This document shows positions 8,575 to 18,785 of a stretch of DNA of 64,000 nucleotides, piece by piece. How positions within the stretch are numbered: the first letter of the stretch is position 1; each line of letters starts with the position of its first letter. Source of the DNA: an uncultured Eubacteriales bacterium (lineage in GTDB: Bacteria > Bacillota > Clostridia > Oscillospirales > UBA644); contig CABKLX010000006.1 of assembly GCA_902373415.1 (NCBI GenBank), positions 54,295 to 118,294 of the forward strand, written 5' to 3'. The notes below the pieces were generated by a model. That model had not been told where the DNA came from and made no database searches. It saw only the letters and a list, made by a program, of their open reading frames with translations. A program made the translations under genes and the position numbers.

Positions 8575-10791
8575 TTACTTCCCTTCGTCCTCAACAGCGA
8601 CTTCGACGGTTTCCTCAACCGTTTCTTCAACGGTTTCCGCCGCCGCTTCCGCCGTGTCGGGCTGAGCCTGCGTTTCCTCTGTTTCGGCAACCGCCGCTTC
8701 CGTTTCTGCCGTATCGGAAGATGCCTGCGCCTCTTCGGAGCACTCCGTGCAGCCGCAGCAGCAGGGAGCGCCGTCCGCCGTCGCGGGAACGGGCTGTCTG
8801 TTTCTGTTGAGCATATACAGGATCATGATAACGATTATCAGTATGCCCGCGCCGACCGCAAGTCCGATATATCCGTTGTCAAGCACGCCGCCGACGATAT
8901 ATCCGACAAGGCACGAACCCGCGACAACCATTGCGTACGGGATCTGCGTCGAAACGTGTTCGAGGTGATTGCAGCGCGCACCCGTCGAGGACAGTATCGT
9001 CGTGTCCGAGATCGGCGAAATGTGGTCGCCGCAAACAGCGCCCGCGAGAACCGCGGAGATGACAAATGCGAGCTGCGACGCGCCGCTGTCCGACGAGAAG
9101 TCGATCGTGCCGTTCAGAACCGTGAAAATGATCGGGATAAGTATTCCGAACGTTCCCCACGAGGTTCCCGTCGCGAACGCGAGACCCGTCGCGATCAGGA
9201 AGAAGATCGCGGGCAGGATCGAGATGGGAATGCTGTAAGTCTCAACGATGTTCTTGACGAACTGACCCGCGTTCAGGTATCCGTTGTTGCATATTCCGCC
9301 GAGCGTCCATGCGAGCGCAAGGATCGCGATCGCGGGAACCATCGCCTTGAAGCCGTCAACGATGCTGTCCGTGAACTGCTTGTAGGTCAGGATTCGGCGG
9401 GACATATAAAGAATAAATATGAAAATGAGCGTTATGATCGAACCGAGAACGAGCGAAAGCGAGGAGTCGCAGTCGCCGAACGAGGAGTAAAGAAGCTCCC
9501 ATGTCGAGATGTCGGCTTTTCCGACGGTAACGGCGGAAGACTGCGCGAGCGTCGCTTCAGCCTCGCCGCTGAGCGTTACGGAAACAACGGTGTCATCCGT
9601 GATGCCGAGTTGATCTTTCGTTACGCCCGTATAGCCCATCGACTCATAGTAACCGATCAACGCGTTGACATACGCATCGGTCGAAATGATCTCATATCCG
9701 TCGGGCAGAGTGACCGCCGCTCCGTCTTCCGAAGCGACTTTTCCGTCTTCGAGATATTCGCTGCTGAACGATCCGAGTTCAAGCGGCTCGCCGATCTCAA
9801 TTCCGTCGGGGAAGAGTTCCTTTATGCTTCCAAACGTGCCGGGGGACGTCTGTTCGCCCTGTTCGGGATCGTTTATGTAGACCGAAATTTCAGCGTCGTC
9901 CGAGATCACGATCTTCGAGCCCGCGTCGGCGGTGAAAGATCTCGATTTGTCGAAAATGCCGCCGGTGTAAAGCATTGCCGCGATACAGGTGATGATCAGA
10001 ACCGCTATCGGGAGGATCAGGTCGATGACCTTTCCCTTCGGCTTTTTCTCCGCGTCCGCCGCGTCGTCGATGACTTTCAGCGGGGGATTCTGTGCGAGTT
10101 CCGCCTTTTTCATCGGTCCGAAATCGAAGTTGAGCGCGATCATGAGAACGACCATTATGATCGTCAGAAGCGCGTAGAAGTTGAACGGTATGGTTCTCAT
10201 GAACAGACCGAAACCGTCAACGCTCGGGTCTGTCGCCATCGTCGAGCTGACCGCCGCCGCCCAGCTGGAAATGGGCGCGATGATGCAGACGGGCGCCGCC
10301 GTTGCGTCGATGATATACGCGAGCTTCGCGCGCGATACCTTGTGTCTGTCCGTTACGGGAGACATGACCGTTCCGACCGTCAGGCAGTTGAAATAGTCGT
10401 CAACGAATATCAGAACGCCGAGACCCGAGGTCGCAAACAGCGCGCCGCGCTTGGATTTTATCGCCCGCGCCGCCCAGTTTCCGTAAGCCCGCGACGCTCC
10501 CGATTTTGTTACGAGCGCAACGATTATTCCGAGGAACACAAGGAATATGCAGATGTTGATGTTTCCGCCGACGCTGTCGCCCATGATCCCGAAGATCGTC
10601 TCAAAGATCTTTGCGGGACTGTAAAGCAGAGCGCCGACCGCGATGCCGACAAACAGGGAGAGATAGACCTCCTTGGTTATCAGCGCGAGAGCGATCGCGA
10701 TAATGGGAGGCACGATCGCCCAGAATGTGCCGACCGCTCCCGCATCGCCCCACGGATTGATGGATTGAAAAAATTGTCCGATTGCTTCCAT
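8575..10791 (-). CDS. NhaC-family Na+/H+ antiporter-like transporter with a large internal insertion and an acidic Cys-rich tail
   Basis: Many TM helices. NhaC-like N-terminus (MEAIGQFFQSINPWGDAG..WAIVPPIIAIALALITKEV). Soluble insert of about 180 aa mid-protein. C-terminal tail contains CCCGCTEC and ETVEETVEETVE. Confidence 0.75.
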   Translation of the reverse strand: MEAIGQFFQSINPWGDAGAVGTFWAIVPPIIAIALALITKEVYLSLFVGIAVGALLYSPAKIFETIFGIMGDSVGGNINICIFLVFLGIIVALVTKSGASRAYGNWAARAIKSKRGALFATSGLGVLIFVDDYFNCLTVGTVMSPVTDRHKVSRAKLAYIIDATAAPVCIIAPISSWAAAVSSTMATDPSVDGFGLFMRTIPFNFYALLTIIMVVLMIALNFDFGPMKKAELAQNPPLKVIDDAADAEKKPKGKVIDLILPIAVLIITCIAAMLYTGGIFDKSRSFTADAGSKIVISDDAEISVYINDPEQGEQTSPGTFGSIKELFPDGIEIGEPLELGSFSSEYLEDGKVASEDGAAVTLPDGYEIISTDAYVNALIGYYESMGYTGVTKDQLGITDDTVVSVTLSGEAEATLAQSSAVTVGKADISTWELLYSSFGDCDSSLSLVLGSIITLIFIFILYMSRRILTYKQFTDSIVDGFKAMVPAIAILALAWTLGGICNNGYLNAGQFVKNIVETYSIPISILPAIFFLIATGLAFATGTSWGTFGILIPIIFTVLNGTIDFSSDSGASQLAFVISAVLAGAVCGDHISPISDTTILSSTGARCNHLEHVSTQIPYAMVVAGSCLVGYIVGGVLDNGYIGLAVGAGILIIVIMILYMLNRNRQPVPATADGAPCCCGCTECSEEAQASSDTAETEAAVAETEETQAQPDTAEAAAETVEETVEETVEVAVEDEGK

Positions 10792-10888
10792 GAAGATGTC
10801 CTTCCTTTTACACAATATATCTATATCACGCCGCACCGGCAGATGCGACGGTTGTTCTTTTTCTCATAACGGTCTCCCGCCGCGGGGA

Positions 10889-12268
10889 TCAACCGTCCTT
10901 CGACGATTTCAGAACGGCTGTCACCGTCAGCGTTTCCCCGTCTCTTTCGATCGTCAGTTCGATCTCGTCGCCGACCCTCTTCGTTTTCAGATACGCCGAA
11001 AGATCGGAAACATCTTCAACTTCCTTTCCGTCGGCGGCTTTGATGACGTCTCCCACCTTGACTCCGGCTTTCTCCGCCGCTCCGCCTTCGGTGAGCGCGC
11101 CGACCCACAGCCCTCCGTCCGCGTCCGCTTTGACCGTCACGCCGAGCATGGGCTTTTCGACGTCTCCCGTCTCGATGATCTGCTTCGCGTAATTGAGAAC
11201 GGTGTTGATCCTCAGCGCGAAGCCGAGATCCTTGTATTCGCCCGCGATCTGAACGCTGTTCAGCCCGACGACTTCGCCGTTCAGGTTGATAAGAGGTCCT
11301 CCGCTGTTGCCCGAATTGATCGTCGCGTCGTGCTGTATGACGTCGGCGGTTATGCCGAGATTTTCAAATGTGACGGTGTTCCTGACCGCGCTGACCATGC
11401 CTTTTGTCGCCGTCTGGAAAAGAACGGAGTCGAACGGTGTTCCGATCGCGATGACCGTGTCGCCGACCTTGACCGCTTCCGAGTCCGCGAACTCGGCGGG
11501 CGTGAACGTCCCCTCGATCTTTATAACGCCGACGTCGCTCTCCGAATCGTAGCCGATGACCGTCGCGTAATAATAATTGTCTTCGTTATCCCTGACTCTG
11601 ACGGATTTCGCGCTGTCGATAACGTGCGCGTTCGTCAGGATATATCCGTCCTCGGACATGATGACGCCGCTTCCGCCGCCCGATCCGGAGGCTTTGAGCG
11701 TGATGATCTCAACCGTGCTCGGAAGCACCTTCGCGATCGCCGCGCCCGCGGTTCCGTCTTCTTCCGTCTTCTCCTCGCGCGGAGGATCGTCGTTCGACTG
11801 CTTGATCTCGACGTTCCCCTTCGGCGCGTTTTCCGCGCGCTTGTATGCGAGCAGAGCGATACATGAACTCAGTATCGCGACGGCGAGACTGACCGCCGTC
11901 AGCGTTATCATAACGGCAAACGCCGCTTTTCCGCTCTTTTTCTCTCTCTGCGGCGCGGTGAAGCGAACCTGCGGCTGATTGTATGCGGGACGGGGGAGCG
12001 GTTCGGTTTTTGCTTCTCCGTATCCGTTTGCCGTATCCGTTTCCGCGCTTCCGTCCGCCGTTTCGGTTTCGTCATTATTCGGTTCTTCTGCCGATCTGTC
12101 CGACGGACTTTGTTCCGCCGCACAGTCATACGCGCCGCCGTTTTCGGCGGCTTCATCGGCTTCCGAAGCGACCATTCCGTCGCTCACGGCTTTCGCCGCG
12201 TTGATCTCTTCCCGTATCTTTTCGAGTTTCTGTTCGGGGGTCTCGAAATTTCCGTCCATATTTACCAT
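10889..12268 (-). CDS. HtrA/DegP-type serine protease with PDZ domain
   Basis: Catalytic triad contexts TNAHVI, DVGVIKIE and GNSGGPLIN, with a C-terminal PDZ-like segment. N-terminal low-complexity region plus TM anchor. Alternative start at 12259. Confidence 0.85.
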   Translation of the reverse strand: MVNMDGNFETPEQKLEKIREEINAAKAVSDGMVASEADEAAENGGAYDCAAEQSPSDRSAEEPNNDETETADGSAETDTANGYGEAKTEPLPRPAYNQPQVRFTAPQREKKSGKAAFAVMITLTAVSLAVAILSSCIALLAYKRAENAPKGNVEIKQSNDDPPREEKTEEDGTAGAAIAKVLPSTVEIITLKASGSGGGSGVIMSEDGYILTNAHVIDSAKSVRVRDNEDNYYYATVIGYDSESDVGVIKIEGTFTPAEFADSEAVKVGDTVIAIGTPFDSVLFQTATKGMVSAVRNTVTFENLGITADVIQHDATINSGNSGGPLINLNGEVVGLNSVQIAGEYKDLGFALRINTVLNYAKQIIETGDVEKPMLGVTVKADADGGLWVGALTEGGAAEKAGVKVGDVIKAADGKEVEDVSDLSAYLKTKRVGDEIELTIERDGETLTVTAVLKSSKDG

Positions 12269-12828
12269 TCTTCTTTCAGCACCGCGAAGACTTTTATGTC
12301 CGCGAATCTGTCTTTTATGTATATCTCTTTTCTGTGGCAGCCCTCGTATGTCATTCCGAGTTTTTTCATCAGCGCCGCCGACGGCACGTTGTCCGCCGTG
12401 CATTTCCCGACGATGCGGTTCAGTCCCGCTTTGCCGAAACCGAAATCGATGACCGCGACGGCGGCTTCAAACGCATAGCCGCGCCTGCGGCAGTCGCCCG
12501 CGATCCAGTATCCGATCTCCGCCCTTCGGCTCAGCGACGCGATGTCGTGCAGATTTATCATCCCGATCGCGCGCCCGTCCTTTTTTCTCTCGATCACCCA
12601 TGACGTGCAGGTTCCCCGTTCGTATTTGAGGATCAGCCCGTTCAGAAATTCCGCGGTCTCGGCGTTCGACGTATGCGTTTTCCACATCTCAAAGCGCGAG
12701 ATCCCGGGATCGGACATACAAATATAAATATCGTCCGTATCGTACAGATACGGTCGGCGAAGCACCAGCCGTTCCGTTTTGATCTTCGGCAACGGACGGA
12801 ACGCGCTCATAACATCGTGTTTCAGCAT
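12262..12828 (-). CDS. GNAT-family N-acetyltransferase (RimJ/RimL-like)
   Basis: TERLVLRR..; AEIGYWIAGDCRRRGYAFEAAVAVIDFGF; NVPSAALMKKLGM. Confidence 0.85.
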   Translation of the reverse strand: MLKHDVMSAFRPLPKIKTERLVLRRPYLYDTDDIYICMSDPGISRFEMWKTHTSNAETAEFLNGLILKYERGTCTSWVIERKKDGRAIGMINLHDIASLSRRAEIGYWIAGDCRRRGYAFEAAVAVIDFGFGKAGLNRIVGKCTADNVPSAALMKKLGMTYEGCHRKEIYIKDRFADIKVFAVLKEEW

Positions 12829-12932
12829 GGCAACACCCCGAAAAAATCAGACCGCAAATGCGGAAAAGTCGGCAAAAATATGCGTCGGCGCGTTTTTCGT
12901 CGGGTCAAGCCCCTTTTTTTCGGAAAAACGGT

Positions 12933-13508
12933 CTATCTGTCTCCGACATATCCCGAAAGCGCGCTTTCAAGCGAATTGAGTTGTTCGGGAGGGTAGTCCG
13001 CAACGGTGTAGATCCCGCCGTCATTCAGACGGACGGTCGTTTTTCTGTAAGTCGCGACGCCGCGCTCACGCAAGTGAAGGCGAACGTCCGCATAGAGTTC
13101 TCCGTCTTTTTTATAGACCTTCAGTTCGGAAAAATCGACCAGATAATTCGCGTATTCTCCGTTTTTCTGTTCTTCGACGCGCTTTTTCCATACCTTTTCC
13201 GCGTCTTCCTCGGAAAGTTCCGTTCCGTTTCCGATATTTTCGGCGTCGTCGAAAAACCAGACTTTTTCAGCCGCTCCGTCCCAATCGTCCGAAGCGAGCG
13301 CTTTGAAAAACGAACGGACTTCAAAATACGCCCGCGTCTGTTCAAGCCCGAAACTCCCGTTCTTTCTCGGAACGAAGTATACGACGGCTGTAACGGCGAC
13401 CGCGAGGACGAGAACCGCGCACATAACGCGCAGAATATTTCTGTTCCTCGCTCTCTTTGCTTCGGCGGAAGCGGTGTCCTCGGGTCTTATCTTCTTGAAT
13501 TTGCTCAC
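12933..13508 (-). CDS. Membrane-anchored hypothetical protein
   Basis: 191-aa ORF with one N-terminal TM helix (ILRVMCAVLVLAVAVTAVVYFV). 4-nt overlap with the upstream CYTH gene. Confidence 0.6.
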   Translation of the reverse strand: MSKFKKIRPEDTASAEAKRARNRNILRVMCAVLVLAVAVTAVVYFVPRKNGSFGLEQTRAYFEVRSFFKALASDDWDGAAEKVWFFDDAENIGNGTELSEEDAEKVWKKRVEEQKNGEYANYLVDFSELKVYKKDGELYADVRLHLRERGVATYRKTTVRLNDGGIYTVADYPPEQLNSLESALSGYVGDR

Positions 13509-14023
13509 AGGTCTTCATCCTCAAGCGGCGCAAAAAACGCCATTGATCTGTTCGTGTAATCTTTGTCCTCGGAGACTTCGCGGATGACCTCGATGAAATC
13601 GGGAAGGGTATATGTCTGCTCGACGGTTTCGGTCTCGACCTCGCATATCGCCTGTTTTTTCCAGAACGGGTAAATGTCGATCTCCGCGTAAAGCCCTTTT
13701 TCCATGGGGATCTTCCAACGCCGTTTGACGATCGGCGAAAGTTCTTTGTCGGCACGTTTCAGATACTCGTTGTACTGTTCCTCGCTTATGGCGTTTTCTT
13801 CCTCGTAGCGAACGATATTTTTCGCGGAGATCTTCACCGTATGCGTATAAACGGTCTTTCCGCCCTTTTCCGACTTTCTGACCCTTTCGGTCTGACGCGG
13901 AATTGCGGGAACGAGATACGTCTGCGTTATATTCGCGACGGAAGCGCCCTGCACCGTTGCCAGAAACGCTTCGTCGGGCATACGGATGAGATACTTTCTT
14001 TCGATTTCAAGTCCCGCGGGCAT
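13505..14023 (-). CDS. CYTH-domain (triphosphate tunnel metalloenzyme) protein
   Basis: N-terminal EIERKYL signature. The start at 14023 abuts the stop of the upstream gene at 14025. Confidence 0.75.
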   Translation of the reverse strand: MPAGLEIERKYLIRMPDEAFLATVQGASVANITQTYLVPAIPRQTERVRKSEKGGKTVYTHTVKISAKNIVRYEEENAISEEQYNEYLKRADKELSPIVKRRWKIPMEKGLYAEIDIYPFWKKQAICEVETETVEQTYTLPDFIEVIREVSEDKDYTNRSMAFFAPLEDEDL

Positions 14024-14024
14024 A

Positions 14025-14576
14025 TCACATTTTCTCCTCGTCGTATACGGCGCGGCATCCGCCGATGAATTTCGGTCTCGTCCTCGCGCAGACGACGTTT
14101 GCCTGTCCGATCTGTCTGACGGCGAGCCTGACGGGAACGGCAACTTCTTTCAGGTGCATTCCGATCAGCGTGTCCCCGATGTCAATGCCCGCGTCGGCTC
14201 TGACCTTTTCGACAACGGTCGGCTTTTCAAACGCGCGGTAGCCCGCGGTCGCCCACGATCCGCCCGCCTTCGGCTGAGGCACGGCGTTGACCTCTTCGAG
14301 CCCGTGCGCCGCGGCGTATTCGCCCTCGACGACGACGGCTCTGTTCAGATGCTCGCAGCACTGACACCCGAGATATATCCCGTTCTGTTTCAGAACGCCG
14401 TATATCCCGTCGAACACCGCCTGCCCGACCTCGAAGACCGAACCTTTTCCTATATTTTCTCCGACGATCTCGCTCGACGAACAGCCGACGACGCAAAGAT
14501 CGCCTTTTTTCAGTTTTGCGGCGGCGACGAGTTGTTCCGCCGCCTGCCGCGCCCGATCTCTTATATCTTCATACAT
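14025..14576 (-). CDS. TIGR01440/UPF0340 (YwlG-like) family protein
   Basis: KKGDLCVVGCSSSEI, GCQCCEHLNRAVVVE, IGMHLKEVAVPVR and TRPKFIGG all match my memory of the YwlG family. Confidence 0.8.
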   Translation of the reverse strand: MYEDIRDRARQAAEQLVAAAKLKKGDLCVVGCSSSEIVGENIGKGSVFEVGQAVFDGIYGVLKQNGIYLGCQCCEHLNRAVVVEGEYAAAHGLEEVNAVPQPKAGGSWATAGYRAFEKPTVVEKVRADAGIDIGDTLIGMHLKEVAVPVRLAVRQIGQANVVCARTRPKFIGGCRAVYDEEKM

Positions 14577-14605
14577 GATCTTCACCCTTTCGGGCGGGGG
14601 CTTTT

Positions 14606-16090
14606 TCAGTCCTTCAACGCCCACTTGTATTTGAGGTAGTCTTTATACTTCGCGTCCCACGCGTCTCTGTCTTCCGGCTCGTAAATTTTCAGATCGTCGG
14701 AGCAGAACTCGCGTCTTGCCTGCGCAACGTCCGCGATCGTTCCCTGAGAAATGAGTTGAACGGCGATGTTTCCGATCGCTGTCGCCTCGACAGGTCCCGC
14801 GGTCACCTTCTTGCCCGTCACGTTCGCGGTGAAGCGGCAGAGGTTGACGTCCTTGACGCCGCCGCCGATGAGGTGAACGACGTCGGTCTTTTCGCCGAGA
14901 AGTTTTTCAAGCGATTCGATATAATATCTGTATGTCATCGCAAGGCTTTCGAGAATGCACAGCGCGTACTGTCCCTTCGACTGCGGAAGCGCCTGTCCCG
15001 TCTTCGTCAAAAACTCGTCGATCTTTGCGGGCATATTTCCCGGCTTGCCGAACGGCGCGTAATCGGGATCGATGTAAACGTTCGCGCTCTTCTCCGTCAG
15101 GAGCATTTTGTCGATGTCCCTGAACGAGATGTCGAAACCTTCTCTGATCCACTGACGGCGCGTTTCCTGAATGATCCAGAGTCCCGAAATGTTTTTGAGG
15201 AAGCGTATCGTGTTTCCGACGCCGCCCTCGTTCGTGAAGTTCTCTTCAAAAGAGTCTTTGTTGATAAGCGGCTCTTTCATCTCCGCTCCGAGCAGCGACC
15301 ACGTTCCGCAGGAGATGTAGCAACCCTTTTCGCCCTCTTCGATCGGTGCGGAAACGACCGCGGACGCCGTGTCGTGCGAGCCGACCGCGATGATGTCGAC
15401 CTGCGCGATGCCGAGTTCGTCGGCGATGTCCTTCGACAGTTTTCCGATAACGGTTCCCGGAGGGTTGATCTTTCCGAACAGACTGCGTTTGAGCCCGAGA
15501 CGGTCGATGAGGTCGAAGTCCCAGTTTCTCTCCTTCGCGTTCAGCAGGGAACTCGTCGACGCGATCGTGTATTCGACGTTTTTCTCGCCCGTCAGCATAT
15601 ATGCGAACAGGTCGGGAGTGAAGAGCATCGACTCGGCTCTTTCGAGCAGTTCGGGCCGGTTGAGTTTGATCGAATAAAGATGGTTGATCGTGTTTATGTC
15701 AAGGAACTGTATTCCCGTCTTTCCGTAAAGCTCGTCGGGCGGAACCTTCTCAAAGACCTTTTTCATGATGCCTTTTGTTCTCTCGTCTCTGTAATTGACG
15801 GGATTTTCAAGCAATTTCCCGTCCTTGTCGAGAAGCCCGAAGTCAACGCCCCACGTGTCTATTCCGATCGAGGTTATGTCCCCGTTGCCCGAGTTGACGC
15901 ATTTGAGAATGCCCTGCTTGATCTCGTGGAACAGGCGGAGAATGTCCCAGTAGAACGTTCCGTGTACCATGACGGGGTCGTTTGAGAAACGGTGGATCTC
16001 TTCGAGGGTGAGTTTTCCCTGATCGTAAACGGCGAGTATCGCTCTGCCGCTCGAAGCGCCGAAGTCGAATGCAAGAACCTTGTTTTTCAT
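14606..16090 (-). CDS. rhaB: Rhamnulokinase (FGGY carbohydrate kinase family)
   Basis: MKNKVLAFDFGASSGRAIL...EIHRFSN...YWDILRLFHEIKQG. FGGY C-terminal motifs (HLIGGGVKDVNLC). Confidence 0.8.
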   Translation of the reverse strand: MKNKVLAFDFGASSGRAILAVYDQGKLTLEEIHRFSNDPVMVHGTFYWDILRLFHEIKQGILKCVNSGNGDITSIGIDTWGVDFGLLDKDGKLLENPVNYRDERTKGIMKKVFEKVPPDELYGKTGIQFLDINTINHLYSIKLNRPELLERAESMLFTPDLFAYMLTGEKNVEYTIASTSSLLNAKERNWDFDLIDRLGLKRSLFGKINPPGTVIGKLSKDIADELGIAQVDIIAVGSHDTASAVVSAPIEEGEKGCYISCGTWSLLGAEMKEPLINKDSFEENFTNEGGVGNTIRFLKNISGLWIIQETRRQWIREGFDISFRDIDKMLLTEKSANVYIDPDYAPFGKPGNMPAKIDEFLTKTGQALPQSKGQYALCILESLAMTYRYYIESLEKLLGEKTDVVHLIGGGVKDVNLCRFTANVTGKKVTAGPVEATAIGNIAVQLISQGTIADVAQARREFCSDDLKIYEPEDRDAWDAKYKDYLKYKWALKD

Positions 16091-16451
16091 GATTTTTTTC
16101 CTCTCTCAGCCGCGCACCCGCCCCGCACGGAACCCAAGCGGCGGATCGGAACGCAGACAGCGTCCCCGATATCCCCGACCGCATTGCTTCCGCGGAAGCG
16201 CCGACGCGCGGACTAATATAGTTTTATACGCCTCATTATACCATATACGGCGCGGAATGTAAAGACGCTTTTCGGAGTTTTTTTATTAAAAATGAAGAAG
16301 ATATATATCGCGGGCGCGTGAGCATACGGTAAAAACGGTCTGTTTTTCACTTGAAAACTTTTGTAAAAAAAGTGTTTTGCGTATTGACACGGCATGTCTG
16401 TTGGTGTATCATAAAAATAATAAAACATTCGTTTTTGACACGGAGGAAAAT

Positions 16452-17162
16452 ATGCTTTCAATAAGCCATTATTCCAAAAGTTACGACGGAAAAAAGGACG
16501 CCGTTCACGATCTGTCCTTTGAAGTCCGTTCGGGCGACATTTTCGGATTTATCGGTCATAACGGCGCGGGAAAAACGACGACGATCAAGTCCTGCGCGGG
16601 TATACTCGAATTTTCGCGGGGGACGATAACGATCGACGGCGTCGATATAAAGAAAGACCCCGTTTCGTGCAAGAAAAAAACAGCGTATCTGCCCGATAAC
16701 CCCGATATTTACGAATTTATGTCGGGTATAAAGTATCTGAATTTCATCGGTGATATTTTTGAGGTCCCGAAAGCGATCCGCGGCGAGCGTATCTCCCGTT
16801 ACGCGGAAGAGTTCGGCATCGCGGGCGATCTCGGTTCCTCCGTCGCGTCTTATTCGCACGGAATGAAGCAGAAACTCGCCATTATCGGAAGTCTGCTCCA
16901 CGAGCCGAAACTGCTTATCTGCGACGAACCGTTCGTCGGTCTTGACCCGAAAGCCGCGCTCGTTTTCAAAAATTATATGCGCGAAATGTGCGCGAACGGC
17001 GGCGCGGTCCTGTTTTCAACCCACGTTCTCGAGGTCGCCGAAAAACTTTGCAACCGTATCGCGATCATCAAGGGCGGCGAACTTGTCGCCGTCGGCGATA
17101 TAGACGAGGTGAAGGGTACGTCGTCGCTTGAAGACGTATTTATGGAGTTGACCGACAAATGA
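16452..17162 (+). CDS. ABC transporter ATP-binding protein
   Basis: Walker A GHNGAGKTT, signature YSHGMKQK, Walker B LLICDEPFVGLD. RBS ggagg lies before the ATG at 16452. Confidence 0.9.
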   Translation: MLSISHYSKSYDGKKDAVHDLSFEVRSGDIFGFIGHNGAGKTTTIKSCAGILEFSRGTITIDGVDIKKDPVSCKKKTAYLPDNPDIYEFMSGIKYLNFIGDIFEVPKAIRGERISRYAEEFGIAGDLGSSVASYSHGMKQKLAIIGSLLHEPKLLICDEPFVGLDPKAALVFKNYMREMCANGGAVLFSTHVLEVAEKLCNRIAIIKGGELVAVGDIDEVKGTSSLEDVFMELTDK

Positions 17163-18772
17163 AAAAATTCCTCGTACTGATAAAGATCGCCGCGATGCAG
17201 TCTCTGCTGACCGGATCGGGATCGAAAAACAAAAAGAAAGCGAAAGCGGCGTCCGCCGTGACGACCGCGGTCATTTATGCCGTTCTCGGCGTGCTTCTCG
17301 CCTTCATGTTCGGCTCGATGTATTTCGGAATGGTCATGATCGCCCGCGAACAGGGCGATTCGGGCGCTGTTTTCAGCCCCGTCACCGTCGCCAACGTTTT
17401 CGGAACGGTGATGACGCTTTTCCTCGCGACGATGGGACTTTCCGCGCACGTTTTCAAGTGCCGCGATTTTGATATGCTGATGGCGATGCCCGTCACGCCC
17501 TCGCAGGTGCTTCATTCAAAACTTGTCGGACAGTATCTGGCTCTGCTGTACTACTCCGCCGTTTTCCTTCTGCCCGCATACATCGTGATCTTTGCCTCGG
17601 GCGGCGTCGGAGTCACGTTCGGACTTGTTCTGACGGCGGTCGCGAACATCCTTTTCCTGCCGCTGATACCTCTTTCCGTCGCCGTGATCCTCGCGTTCTT
17701 CGTGTCCCTGATACCCGAGAACAACGCGGTAGGGAAAGCATTTTCCGTCATTCTTTCGCTCGGACTTCTCGGCGTGTATATGTGGTTCTTCTACGGCGGG
17801 GACGGAATGACCGCCGTGATGACCGATCCGTCGGTCGTCGGCGCGATGAAAACGTATTATTTCCCGCTCGCGTTTCTTGACGGCGTTTTTGAGGGAAGCG
17901 CGCTCGGTCTGCTTCTTTACATCGCGGTCTGCGTCGTTATATACGCCGCCGTGGTCGGCGTTCTCTCTTTCGCGTATTTCCCGATCGTCCGCAGACGCAA
18001 GCACGGAAGCGCGAAGAAGAAAAAACTCGAAAAAGGCGATATAAAGGCGTCACGCGTCGGCGCGGCTCTTTATGTCAAGGAACTGAAAAAATATTTCGGA
18101 ACGACCGTCTATGTCGTCAACACGATCATCGGTCCTCTGCTCCTTCTCGGCGGTTCTTTTTACCTTGTTTTCGGAAACGGGTCTTTTACCTCGCTTCTGA
18201 AAACGGGCTACGCGCCGATGGTTCTTCCCATCCTCGTACTCGTTCAGGCGTTCACTCTCGGCATGGGCTGTACGACCGCCGCGTCCGTCTCGCTGGAAGG
18301 GAAAAGCCTGTGGATACTGCGAACCGCTCCCGTATCGGCGAAAAAAGTCTTCGCCGCGAAGATCGGCGTCTGTCTGACTGTGCTTTTGCCTTGTTCTGTC
18401 GGCGGCTCTCTCGTCTTCGCGTTCGGACTCGGACTTGACGCTCTGACGGGCGTTCTGACCGTCGTCAGCGGTGTCCTTCTCAGCCTGACGGTCGCTTGCC
18501 TCGGACTTCTGGCAAATCTGCGCTTCCCGCGCTTCGATTATATCAACGAGGCTCAGGCGGTCAAGCAGGGCGCGTCAGTCGTTATCGGACTGTTTTTCCC
18601 GACGCTTATAATGCTTCCGTTCGTCATCTGCGCGTTTCTGCTCCCGACGTTCGGGATCGTCAAAGGCGGGCTCGTTCCGAGTCTTGTCGTGATCTGCGCC
18701 GAAGTCGTTTTCTTCGCCGTCGTCGCGGCTCTGCTTTCGACAAAAGGAAAAAAACTTTATGAAAGGCTTTAA
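17159..18772 (+). CDS. Polytopic permease partner of the ABC ATPase (putative ABC exporter)
   Basis: ATGA overlap with the ATPase gene. 537 aa with at least 10 hydrophobic helices. Confidence 0.7.
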   Translation: MKKFLVLIKIAAMQSLLTGSGSKNKKKAKAASAVTTAVIYAVLGVLLAFMFGSMYFGMVMIAREQGDSGAVFSPVTVANVFGTVMTLFLATMGLSAHVFKCRDFDMLMAMPVTPSQVLHSKLVGQYLALLYYSAVFLLPAYIVIFASGGVGVTFGLVLTAVANILFLPLIPLSVAVILAFFVSLIPENNAVGKAFSVILSLGLLGVYMWFFYGGDGMTAVMTDPSVVGAMKTYYFPLAFLDGVFEGSALGLLLYIAVCVVIYAAVVGVLSFAYFPIVRRRKHGSAKKKKLEKGDIKASRVGAALYVKELKKYFGTTVYVVNTIIGPLLLLGGSFYLVFGNGSFTSLLKTGYAPMVLPILVLVQAFTLGMGCTTAASVSLEGKSLWILRTAPVSAKKVFAAKIGVCLTVLLPCSVGGSLVFAFGLGLDALTGVLTVVSGVLLSLTVACLGLLANLRFPRFDYINEAQAVKQGASVVIGLFFPTLIMLPFVICAFLLPTFGIVKGGLVPSLVVICAEVVFFAVVAALLSTKGKKLYERL

Positions 18773-18785
18773 GAGTGAGAATACC

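Noticed and set aside
8956-10869. 637-aa plus-strand ORF opposite the NhaC gene
   Set aside because: Shadow ORF. The translation is dominated by R/D/E runs with no hydrophobic core, while the opposite strand encodes a coherent polytopic transporter.
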